Under the pieces are notes generated by a model that worked only from the letters and a program-made list of their open reading frames with translations, made no database searches and had not been told where the DNA came from. Of a DNA stretch of 50,599 bases, positions 9,217-17,993 are shown piece after piece (within the stretch, counting starts at the first letter, position 1; each line of letters begins with the position of its first letter). The stretch is from a virus (lineage: Duplodnaviria; Caudoviricetes): positions 1 to 50,599 of the IMG/VR virus record IMGVR_UViG_3300029179_000003. The stretch is one strand, 5' to 3'. Made by a program: the position numbers and the translations under genes.

Positions 9217-12200
9217 ATGGCTGACAAGAGAATAACAGAAAACCCCAGAATCACAGATACCATAGTATTTGATATCGAGACGCCCGATGCGGACGGCTGC
9301 TTCACAGCCAATCCATACAAGGTCGATAATCTCACCATTTACTATGTCGAGCGTGATTTCCTGGGTACTAATTGGGGTGAATACGAGAAGGTCAAGTATC
9401 GTGACGACCTTCTTTCTTTAAGTGTAGCGGCTGACAAGAAAGCCTGTGAAGATCCTACGCTTACCAATGTCACCAACGCACAGCAGATCCACAATGAGCT
9501 AGAATCAACTGCACAACGTAATACTTTCTACTTCAAAGATGCACTTGTAGTACATAAGGTTGGTACGTCTACCGAACCAGCATGGTTGTCCTCCGACACG
9601 GATAACGCACACATCACCTTGGTCCCAGAAGACGAAGATGGCAACCCGCAGTATGGTCATTTCACCTATCGCTGGAACCCGGAAGGACGTATCCGTGAAG
9701 GTGACTTCTTCATCTGCTGGACATGGACTCCGCTGCCCGCTGGCGAATCCCTGTCGGCCCATACGCCATTCAGCATCTCTGGCGACCCAAGGGCCGTCAT
9801 CACCATTCCTACACACCTAACAGCAAATCAGAAGTATGAGACGTTGTTGGAACGCTATCTCCCTGAGATGTACAAGCAGTACATCAGTGATGCCGATTTG
9901 ACCCCTGAGATGACGGATAAGCTCAATCAGGCGATTGCTATGGGCTTCACCACGCTGGAAGATCTGGCTAACCAGTTGATTGACTTGTTCGATGCTAACG
10001 CCATCCATGAGTCCTTGCTGGTGTATCTATCCAATCTGTTTAATCTACGTCTGAAGTCTTCGGACCCGACGTTGTGGAGAAGGCAGATCAAGGAAGCTAT
10101 CCCCCTTTTCAAGAAGAAGGGGACTTTAGGCGGGCTAAAAGAGGCGTTCGCTCAGGCGGGCATGAAGTTGAACAAACTGACAAGGTTATGGCAAGTCGTA
10201 TCGCCTTATACATGGCAGGAGTCCTTCAAGGTAACGGACAGCCCATCGTTTACCCTGGCTAAGACCATATTAGAACCAATCAACGTACTGAACTTCGGTT
10301 TGTGGTTGCGTAGAGAAGGTGAAGATGAGTATGTGGAGGTAAGCTCCGATAACGTAATTTTTGAGGATACAACGTGTGAGCTTTCCACACGGATGACCTG
10401 GGTGGGCGATGAGAAGTCCGTGAATGGTGTGTCCCTCTATGAAGGTGACATCATCAGGGTACTGTATCAATACGCTCCATTGCCGGCAGGGAAGCAGGCT
10501 GTAGAGAACTACATACGACAACTGACTTTAGCGGATACTCGTGACGAGGCGGATCAGAACTATCCATTGAAGAACTGGAACGTGCGCCTGATAGAGGAGG
10601 ACGATCCTTTGTTCGATCTGATCGTGTCTAACCGTCATCCATTCTATGATCCATTGGTGTTCGGTCAGGTGAGAACGGAGTTCCCGTTTTCAGAGAACAT
10701 CTATAACATGGAAGAATACAATGGAAGCACGAGAGATTCGAATGATCCATGTTATATTGACAAGAACTTCCTAGATCCATGCGGAGCATGTATTAGCAGC
10801 AAGTTCAATATCGACGTAGGTGTTGAGAACCTGACGGATGATCGTATTGCGGAGATCCGAGATATTCTGCAAGAGTACACGCCGTTTCACGCCGTACCGC
10901 ACACGATCAACTTCGAAGGTGAAATCAACGAGTATGTTCTGTCTCCGGTAGAGGAGATAGAGTTCCTCATCAGCTTCAACAAGTCAGAGGTGGTGCTATC
11001 CGGTGATGCGAACCCGTTCTTCACTCGTATCATCGAAGACGGTCTTACTATATCACAGGTTACGAGGGATCAGCTTGCAACGCAGATCGAAGTGGTGGCT
11101 ACTCAGACGGGTACGCTCTACAGCGATTTCGTGGGCTTGGTGGCTCCTGAGTCTAACTTCTTGGATATCGGTTTGATTTTGGATAGTCATGTCTTGGAGG
11201 TTCTGTCTCCTTCGCCGAATACGGGCAGTTATACATTGGCATCCATTACGGCGAACCATGCGGTACTGGATTCATCTGTTGTCGAGCCGCTGAATCAGAG
11301 TATGTTTACTTTCAAGTTATCGAACATCAACTACTCAACGTCGGTGGCGATTATTACGCAAGATGACGTTTTCAAGCTAGGAGATAGCAATGTTAGTTTT
11401 GCGAACCTTGGTGTAAAGACACTGTGGGATATAGATAACACGCCGAATTACACTGGAGATACATGGCGTATTCTTATCCCGGCATACTCAGCCACTCCAT
11501 ATGATATCTTGAACATCGATCCAACTGGTAAGCTATTACTGGATGATCCAGATAGAACCTTGCCTACAAGCAACACAAATGGTATTACTTACACATTACT
11601 GAATGATACAAGTGTGGAAATCGAGACAAGCATGTCTGGGGCGTTGGTTGTTGAAAGGCGGGGCCGTGTAGACTTGAACGATGGCGACATTGAGGATATC
11701 AATGAGTTCGTACATCATGGTGACTACTTGCTGTATAACAGCGTTGAGTATGTTGTATCAGGGTTCTCTGACGGCGAGTTCTACATCAGCGATTATGCTC
11801 TTGGTGATGCTACTGGCGTGAACGTGTCAGTGAAGCGAAGGCTGTTGAATCAGGCTATCGGATACTTCTGCTATAGTGGTTTGAAGTTGGAGACATCTGT
11901 TGACTACGAGGCTGATCTAGAGATAACGAATGGGACGAATCCGCCGACTACAGAACTAACTGAGAACAATCGATTGAAAGAGAACTTCTTGGTTCAAATC
12001 AACAACAGAGACTATTATAAGATCCAAGAGATCGACGGAACCACGATCACATTGGCTGGAGTTCCGTATGACGCTATGACGCTGGGTGCGGGCGGCGAGT
12101 TGGTGAGTTTCAAGATAGCAAGGTTTGTAAAGGACACAGTTGAAGTTCAATTCATGGTGTTCGATCAACTAGACAGGCGAGGGAAAGATCCAGTTGTAAG

Positions 12201-12351
12201 AGAGATCTATTCGACTGTCACAGAGGATGTGGCTGTGTTTGCCTTGTCAATGCCTCAAGGGTCTAACTTTGCGGACAATGCGGTACAGAATGAGGAAGTA
12301 AGTTTCTCTATTGAACATAAGGATGGCAGCACATCAACAGGAGTATTATGA
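9217..12351 (+). CDS. Large baseplate wedge protein (gp7 / P2 gpI-like domain)
   Basis: RYLPEMY...LxYLxxLF...WRRQIKEAIPLFKKKGTLGGL and YTPFH motifs. Follows the gp6-like gene. Confidence 0.75.
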   Translation: MADKRITENPRITDTIVFDIETPDADGCFTANPYKVDNLTIYYVERDFLGTNWGEYEKVKYRDDLLSLSVAADKKACEDPTLTNVTNAQQIHNELESTAQRNTFYFKDALVVHKVGTSTEPAWLSSDTDNAHITLVPEDEDGNPQYGHFTYRWNPEGRIREGDFFICWTWTPLPAGESLSAHTPFSISGDPRAVITIPTHLTANQKYETLLERYLPEMYKQYISDADLTPEMTDKLNQAIAMGFTTLEDLANQLIDLFDANAIHESLLVYLSNLFNLRLKSSDPTLWRRQIKEAIPLFKKKGTLGGLKEAFAQAGMKLNKLTRLWQVVSPYTWQESFKVTDSPSFTLAKTILEPINVLNFGLWLRREGEDEYVEVSSDNVIFEDTTCELSTRMTWVGDEKSVNGVSLYEGDIIRVLYQYAPLPAGKQAVENYIRQLTLADTRDEADQNYPLKNWNVRLIEEDDPLFDLIVSNRHPFYDPLVFGQVRTEFPFSENIYNMEEYNGSTRDSNDPCYIDKNFLDPCGACISSKFNIDVGVENLTDDRIAEIRDILQEYTPFHAVPHTINFEGEINEYVLSPVEEIEFLISFNKSEVVLSGDANPFFTRIIEDGLTISQVTRDQLATQIEVVATQTGTLYSDFVGLVAPESNFLDIGLILDSHVLEVLSPSPNTGSYTLASITANHAVLDSSVVEPLNQSMFTFKLSNINYSTSVAIITQDDVFKLGDSNVSFANLGVKTLWDIDNTPNYTGDTWRILIPAYSATPYDILNIDPTGKLLLDDPDRTLPTSNTNGITYTLLNDTSVEIETSMSGALVVERRGRVDLNDGDIEDINEFVHHGDYLLYNSVEYVVSGFSDGEFYISDYALGDATGVNVSVKRRLLNQAIGYFCYSGLKLETSVDYEADLEITNGTNPPTTELTENNRLKENFLVQINNRDYYKIQEIDGTTITLAGVPYDAMTLGAGGELVSFKIARFVKDTVEVQFMVFDQLDRRGKDPVVREIYSTVTEDVAVFALSMPQGSNFADNAVQNEEVSFSIEHKDGSTSTGVL

Positions 12352-12833
12352 AAGTTGAAGATTTTTCCACAGAGCTTCTAACAAAAGGTGATGTCGATCT
12401 CATCATCGATTACAAAAATGGTAAGCAAGAAACAAAGTACGTCCGTAACACTATATTACGTGCAGGGCGTCGAGCGCTTGCCAAAGCTCTAGCTAACCAG
12501 ATCGGTGCAGAATTTGATTTCTACATCACTCGTATGTTATTCGGCGATGGGGGCACCAGCGATGGAGTCAAGAAGTATGTCAACGCTGACCGCAATGGTC
12601 TGTTCGGCGTGACGAGGCTCTCCAAGCCTGTTATGGCTACCATTGACCCGACGATCCCTACCCAGGCTATATTCACATCTGTCATCACCTTTGATGAGGG
12701 CGTGGGTGTAGTTCTAAGTGAGATGGCTTTACAGATGGCAACGGGCGATCTGTATAGCATGACTACCTTCCCTGATCTAACGAAGACAGAGGAAATGCAG
12801 ATCACGTTTAACTGGAGGTTGAACTTTGTCTAA
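12348..12833 (+). CDS. Baseplate/tail-fibre attachment protein
   Basis: NTIL..GR..LA, ITRMLFGDGG, SEMAL...GDLYS..TFP.L.K....ITFNW pattern seen in tail-collar proteins. Confidence 0.65.
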   Translation: MKVEDFSTELLTKGDVDLIIDYKNGKQETKYVRNTILRAGRRALAKALANQIGAEFDFYITRMLFGDGGTSDGVKKYVNADRNGLFGVTRLSKPVMATIDPTIPTQAIFTSVITFDEGVGVVLSEMALQMATGDLYSMTTFPDLTKTEEMQITFNWRLNFV

Positions 12834-12924
12834 GGGTTGTAACGATTTAGAGTGGCGCTGTTACGAAGATGTTCTTGAGGACATGGAGACAGCCTGCGAA
12901 ACCACATTTAGAGAATGGAGATAC

Positions 12925-13488
12925 ATGTCTGATATTGAAAAGGTCGAAGTAAAAGTGACGTATGATACGGCCACAGAAGATCAGAAGGATCTTGTTAATT
13001 TCCGTGCGGTTACAATGAGGAAGTGGGAGAAGACGAGGCTCCTAGATCGTGTGCCGGAAGAGTTCAAGCAAACGCTAGCGAACGCCTTGGAGCAGCAGCG
13101 GTTGTACAACGAGGAGATGTGGGATAGTCCTGGCATTGCGGCGTTCAAGAGAACCTCGATTCCAATCGTTGTAAGGGTTTTGGAGAAGCTGAACAAGGTA
13201 GGGTGGGCCAAGATCAAGGTGACATCTGAAGTCACTGGTAAGTTCGGTCGGTTCCATGAGATTGATTCTTCGTTGAAGTGGGACATGTATGATGAGGAGA
13301 ACCGCCCACAGTGGGAGAATCATGTATCGAAGTTAGACTATGAGGCAGAGTATGTAGCTGATTTCTCTAACAAGCTAGCTGAATCGATTCTAAGTCATTG
13401 TGAGATCAATGATTATAAGGAATTCAATTTCCGTGCTTTTGGTGTGTACCAAGGCATGTATGTTGTGTATGGAGACTTCAAGAAGTAA
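12925..13488 (+). CDS. Degenerate, internally deleted gp23-like major capsid protein paralog
   Basis: GGAG RBS before ATG12925 (the track starts at TTG12826). KWEKTRLL...LANALEQQ...FKRTSIPIVVRV and LDYEAEYVADFS resemble two separate gp23 segments. Confidence 0.6.
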   Translation: MSDIEKVEVKVTYDTATEDQKDLVNFRAVTMRKWEKTRLLDRVPEEFKQTLANALEQQRLYNEEMWDSPGIAAFKRTSIPIVVRVLEKLNKVGWAKIKVTSEVTGKFGRFHEIDSSLKWDMYDEENRPQWENHVSKLDYEAEYVADFSNKLAESILSHCEINDYKEFNFRAFGVYQGMYVVYGDFKK

Positions 13489-13500
13489 GAAAGGAATTGT

Positions 13501-13785
13501 ATGGTATTGTCACAAGTGTCGGTAGGTTTTGAGAAGTTGAACGAGGCTCTAGGTTTACCGCCGGATACGAAGGTGGTGGGCGTTAAGGAGAACGAGTGGG
13601 GCAACGTTGCGGTGTTCAAGATTGTAGGTCCGAGAGAGCCGGTGAACATCTCTCTACAGCCAACAGACCCACTGAGCAAGTTGGGTGAGGCATATGTAGA
13701 AGGTGCGGTTGGGACGCCTTTGAAAGGCGAGACAAGGGGTGCAAATCCTGAACCTAGACTTCTAGATACTGATACACAAGATTAG
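13501..13785 (+). CDS. Hypothetical protein
   Basis: AAGGA RBS. Fills the gap in the operon. Confidence 0.7.
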   Translation: MVLSQVSVGFEKLNEALGLPPDTKVVGVKENEWGNVAVFKIVGPREPVNISLQPTDPLSKLGEAYVEGAVGTPLKGETRGANPEPRLLDTDTQD

Positions 13786-13799
13786 TATAGGGAAGGTCT

Positions 13800-14585
13800 A
13801 TGCCACGTATTGAACTGATTGATGTACCTCTTTTTGGACCGAATGATCCATATCATTTTGAGTTCGACAACCTACCGCTGAAGAATCTGCTAAGAAGGCA
13901 GAACCTCATCAACCTCGCTCTGGACAATCTTATATCCCAGACGGCTGATGCTATCGGCACACAAGGTACGATGGCGAATAGGTTGAATCAATCGGTCAAC
14001 CCAGATGGTAGTTTGAAGGTTGCTGCCATTGATGAAACATTACATAGCATCGAGGCGCACACGGATACGGATGACTATGTAAGGATGCAGAAGTCTGAGT
14101 CTGATAAGTTGGCTTTGATAGCTGACGGGGCTACGGACGTAGTTATCGAAGTTCAGCTAGACGATGCTGGCGACGATGTGGTAACATTTGATTCTGGTGC
14201 GCTGCGGCTTGTTCCCACCTCTACTGTAACGTTTAGCGTGACGGCACCGAACAAGTTGAAGATCAACTTGGGATTCCCTGTCGAGGCCGCACACAGGCAC
14301 TACTACGATCAGGCACCAGTTCATGCTGAGTTGGCAAATCCTGATTACATCAACTATAAGGTAAATTCGATAGCCACTCCATATGTTGAGGACTCTTTAC
14401 GAGTGTTCATCAATGGGGTACGGCTATCGTCTTCGGACAGCATCTATGTACCGGGCGCTCTAGTGAACGACCCGTGGACATTGTTGCGGTTCACGCCGGA
14501 CCCGGAGAATGGAACATTCGCCCTGTCAGCGGCGATCTCCGAAGAAGACATCATACGAGTAGATTATGACACAACCTTTGCATAA
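13800..14585 (+). CDS. Putative virion structural protein
   Basis: C-terminal SLRVFINGVRL...GTF.L...I...D.IRVDY beta-sandwich common in phage tail/baseplate proteins. Confidence 0.6.
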   Translation: MPRIELIDVPLFGPNDPYHFEFDNLPLKNLLRRQNLINLALDNLISQTADAIGTQGTMANRLNQSVNPDGSLKVAAIDETLHSIEAHTDTDDYVRMQKSESDKLALIADGATDVVIEVQLDDAGDDVVTFDSGALRLVPTSTVTFSVTAPNKLKINLGFPVEAAHRHYYDQAPVHAELANPDYINYKVNSIATPYVEDSLRVFINGVRLSSSDSIYVPGALVNDPWTLLRFTPDPENGTFALSAAISEEDIIRVDYDTTFA

Positions 14586-15138
14586 GAAGCGTGAGTGCAA
14601 TATAGATAGTTTTGGATTTGTTATCTTGTGTCCTGAGCGAAACATAGGTGGTTTGAGAAACACAGTATCATCCATCAAGATTGCATTTCCCGGTTCTTCA
14701 TACATCTGCGTTGTTGGCGATGACGCCAGCAAGACAGAGTTGTTAGAGATGAAGAACATCTGTGAGACGTGCCAGGGAACTGATACGATAACCTCTTTAA
14801 TGAACGAGGGGATAAAGAAGTCGAAGTCTGACTGGAACGTGATCGTGTTTGCGGGGAGTTGGATCAGGCACAACATTTACCGAAAATTCGACTTGTTTGT
14901 TAGGAGCGAAAAAGATATACTCTTTCCTGTTGTAGATGGTAAGACAAATTTCTACGATGGTTCCATGAACGGGATCATCCTCCACAAGAAGACTTTCGAA
15001 GAAGTCGGCGATTTCAGCACTTCTCCAATGCAGAAGAGTGGTCAAAACGATCTTGAACTCATCAAACTCTTCTGGTCTTTCAACGCAATAGAAAAGGGCT
15101 GTAGTTTCAAAGCAATCGTTGGCATGAGGGTATGTTAA
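14566..15138 (+). CDS. Degenerate GT-A (GT2-like) glycosyltransferase-fold protein
   Basis: SLMNEGIKKSKSDWNVIV and GIILHKKTFEEVGDF match GT2 segments. The DxD motif is absent. Confidence 0.5.
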   Translation: MTQPLHKKRECNIDSFGFVILCPERNIGGLRNTVSSIKIAFPGSSYICVVGDDASKTELLEMKNICETCQGTDTITSLMNEGIKKSKSDWNVIVFAGSWIRHNIYRKFDLFVRSEKDILFPVVDGKTNFYDGSMNGIILHKKTFEEVGDFSTSPMQKSGQNDLELIKLFWSFNAIEKGCSFKAIVGMRVC

Positions 15139-15147
15139 TGGAGTAGA

Positions 15148-15687
15148 ATGCAGACAGCCTACATTCAAGTGTTAGACAATAGTGGCAATCCTGTCACGGA
15201 GTTGTTCTACGCTGAAGACATAGACATAAGTGATCGCAACCAGAGAAGCAGCTACCTATCATTCAAAGTCTTGGAACCGGATGATGCCCTCATTCTGGCA
15301 TTGTATCCAAGAGAAGAGATAATAGATCAGCGGCCATTTCCTATAAGGAAGTTGGTCGTGAAGGACAGACCGGACTCGATAAGCTACACAATCCTCAAGC
15401 ACGCCGTACTAACTGCCATCGACTTATCCAATATGGATATGACAACCCCTGAAGGCACCGAAGAGTTAAACTGTAGATGGGTATTCTGCGAAAGATCAAT
15501 TGTACTTGAAAATGAAGAGATTAGAGTTGAACCAGCGCCGCCGTATGCGGACAGAATGCATGAATGGCACGATGAATACATGCCTTGGAGAGAGGAAGAA
15601 AGAAGGCCGAGGGAAGCCATTAGACGTGCTGCTCCCTCTCGGCCCGGACGTGAAGACAAGGTAATCTGGCTTACAGACGGCTTCTGA
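15148..15687 (+). CDS. Hypothetical protein with a tail-tube (gp19)-like segment and C-terminal WLTDGF tag
   Basis: GGAG RBS. LKHAVLTAIDLSNMDM...EELNCRWVF weakly resembles the gp19 C-terminal strands. Confidence 0.6.
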   Translation: MQTAYIQVLDNSGNPVTELFYAEDIDISDRNQRSSYLSFKVLEPDDALILALYPREEIIDQRPFPIRKLVVKDRPDSISYTILKHAVLTAIDLSNMDMTTPEGTEELNCRWVFCERSIVLENEEIRVEPAPPYADRMHEWHDEYMPWREEERRPREAIRRAAPSRPGREDKVIWLTDGF

Positions 15688-15695
15688 AGTGCGTG

Positions 15696-16208
15696 CTAAA
15701 TCAAGCCGTAGATGTAAGCCCAGCGTCGATTATCCTTGTGTTCGCCTCGATCTACCTCTCTCAGGTATGTATATAGATCACTCCAACTTCCGAAGATGTG
15801 TTTGTGATCTATGATACCGAAGTACCACTTTCCGGCCTTCTTCTTCCCTTGAGGACAGACCAATAATGTCGGTTTCTTCATAAGATCGCTGAAAACGATC
15901 TCATGGACGGTCCCAACCGTGGGGACTCTTTGCGGCACGCAAGCTACGATGAAATCAGACCTATCCACGATAGACAAGTCTTTCTGTACGAAGTTCTTGG
16001 CAATGCGAACCACCTCTAGGTAGTTCTCACAATCCAAGGCGTCTTGTAGAGGCTCAGCCATCTTCTGCTTATCGTCAGCGTTGGGGTCTTTTACATCAAC
16101 CCCGAACTCCTCACGCATCACCTTGAGAGGCTCAGTCCTCCAATCAACCTGTACATCGTACTCGATTGGGCCTGCTAAGTAGCTTCTTGTGCCTTTAAGG
16201 TAGCCCAT
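15696..16208 (-). CDS. Nucleoside 2-deoxyribosyltransferase-like protein
   Basis: YLAGPI, DLSIVDRSDFIVA, GTVHEI and KP motifs. GGAGG RBS. Confidence 0.85.
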   Translation of the reverse strand: MGYLKGTRSYLAGPIEYDVQVDWRTEPLKVMREEFGVDVKDPNADDKQKMAEPLQDALDCENYLEVVRIAKNFVQKDLSIVDRSDFIVACVPQRVPTVGTVHEIVFSDLMKKPTLLVCPQGKKKAGKWYFGIIDHKHIFGSWSDLYTYLREVDRGEHKDNRRWAYIYGLI

Positions 16209-16254
16209 TTCGAACCCTCCTTACTCTATTAAGTTATCTCACAAAGGAGCATAT

Positions 16255-16953
16255 ATGTCAAGCGAACTCTTACAGAAAGTGGATGGTATCTTGGAGGCAA
16301 CAGAGATCCCAGAACGCCATACCTTCTTTCAGATAAAAAACTTCATCATCGGTAAAGAATATACAGTACAAGGCCAGTTATGGCAAGTTGTTAGAGAACT
16401 GAAAGCCCGGCGGGAATCAATCGATGCCCTAGAACTGCAAATTGCTGATGGAGAAGACAACATCCAGTTGATAGATATCAAGATAGAAGAACTGAACTAT
16501 GACCTAGAAATCCACAGCGACGGGAAGGCATTGCTCAGGATTAGAAGAAGAGAAATTGAGATTAGGAAGCTAGAGCGTGAAAAGAAGGCTCTGCAACACA
16601 ATATCGAATCTCTCAAACATAAAGTCAGATATCTACTTGAAGAAGTCTTGTACCTTGCTGGAGCCTATGAAACGCTGTCCAAGGTCGAACCAATCAAGTC
16701 CCTAGATGATGTCGGCGCACAGAAACAGTATTGGAATGAGAAACTCGCTACCCATCTTAATCTCAAGTTACTTCTCAAGAACCCACTAGATGCAGATTTC
16801 GTCAATACAATTCTTGCACTCGATGATGATGCACCAGTCAAACAACACATGCTTGGTATGCTGGATAGGGTTCAGAAGATGATGATTGAAGAAAGGGATC
16901 GCCAGCGAGCAGCATTAGCCGTTCACCAAAGCGGACGCATAGGAGAAAAATGA
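16255..16953 (+). CDS. Coiled-coil hypothetical protein
   Basis: AGGAG RBS and a long heptad-rich region. Confidence 0.75.
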   Translation: MSSELLQKVDGILEATEIPERHTFFQIKNFIIGKEYTVQGQLWQVVRELKARRESIDALELQIADGEDNIQLIDIKIEELNYDLEIHSDGKALLRIRRREIEIRKLEREKKALQHNIESLKHKVRYLLEEVLYLAGAYETLSKVEPIKSLDDVGAQKQYWNEKLATHLNLKLLLKNPLDADFVNTILALDDDAPVKQHMLGMLDRVQKMMIEERDRQRAALAVHQSGRIGEK

Positions 16954-17993
16954 CAGATCGTATTTCCTCTTTAGACGATGGATACCAAACAGGGGACTTG
17001 TCCATCTTCCCAGAAGCCTTAGATGACCATAACCTACTATATGTGGCGTCGAACAACTCTAAGACTAGACTCGTTCAGACACTTACATACAACAATAGCA
17101 AAGTCATCATTGTTGAAGACACCACCGGGTTTCCCGATTCAGGTATCATCCGAGTTGGACCTGATATCGGGAAACCCGGTGATCATGAACTCATCGTCTA
17201 TGAGAAGAAAACAACCAACACGTTTCAAATGCTGCGGCGTGGTTTTGGTGGCTCCAAACAGAACTTCTGGCGTCCACAAGGTATCTATGTATCCAACTCC
17301 GTTAATGCGGACTACCATAACGCCGTCAAAGACGCCATTGTCAACATAGAACATGACCTGGGCATCAAGGTAGATCCAGACCCAGAGTCCCTCAATGGTA
17401 TCCTAAAGACCCAAGAAACACGCTTTCTTGCACCAAAACCCCTGTTCCGTGCCTACCCTCCCAAGGGACCGCCGCCACATCAGGTTAGGTTCCAGAACTT
17501 CACAACGGGCCATATCATTCGATTCTTCTGGGACTTCGGTGATGGTGGCACGTCTCTGGAGAAAAGCCCGGTCCATACCTACCTTACAGAAGGTAGCTAC
17601 ACAGTCAAGTTGAATGTAATCACCTCGACTGGCGCTCAAGGTATTGCCACTAAGACTGCCTACATAACAGTAGACAAAGATGAATCGGTTCCATTCTTCT
17701 ATGTCGAATCCATCAGTCAACCATACTCCGTTAAGACGGCATCCGAACTCTCTGCTGCGAATAACCCTACACAGCCCAAAGAGTTCATGTTCGTTGACCA
17801 GACTGATGGTGATATCGTTCAAAGGAACTGGATCTTTGGAGATGGTACACAGTATACCCAGAACGATCCAAACAACCATGTGATGAGCCATATTTACTCT
17901 AAGCCCGGCGAGTACATAGTGACTCTTCTTATCATCTTCAGCAATAGCAGATTGAAGAAGGTAGAGCTTCCTGAACCATTGGTGGTACTATAA
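16950..17993 (+). CDS. Virion protein with two PKD domains
   Basis: WDFGDG...P.HTY...GSYTVKL and WIFGDG...HIYSKPGEYIVTL. Confidence 0.85.
   Translation: MTDRISSLDDGYQTGDLSIFPEALDDHNLLYVASNNSKTRLVQTLTYNNSKVIIVEDTTGFPDSGIIRVGPDIGKPGDHELIVYEKKTTNTFQMLRRGFGGSKQNFWRPQGIYVSNSVNADYHNAVKDAIVNIEHDLGIKVDPDPESLNGILKTQETRFLAPKPLFRAYPPKGPPPHQVRFQNFTTGHIIRFFWDFGDGGTSLEKSPVHTYLTEGSYTVKLNVITSTGAQGIATKTAYITVDKDESVPFFYVESISQPYSVKTASELSAANNPTQPKEFMFVDQTDGDIVQRNWIFGDGTQYTQNDPNNHVMSHIYSKPGEYIVTLLIIFSNSRLKKVELPEPLVVL

Noticed and set aside
2457-12833. Bacterial contractile injection system (eCIS/T6SS/tailocin)
   Set aside because: Primase, terminase-like and gp23-like genes, T4-like baseplate order and the lack of housekeeping genes favour a large phage.
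17403-17891. Internal WLTDGF in a minus-strand ORF
   Set aside because: It is an antisense shadow of the PKD gene and not C-terminal, so it is treated as coincidence.
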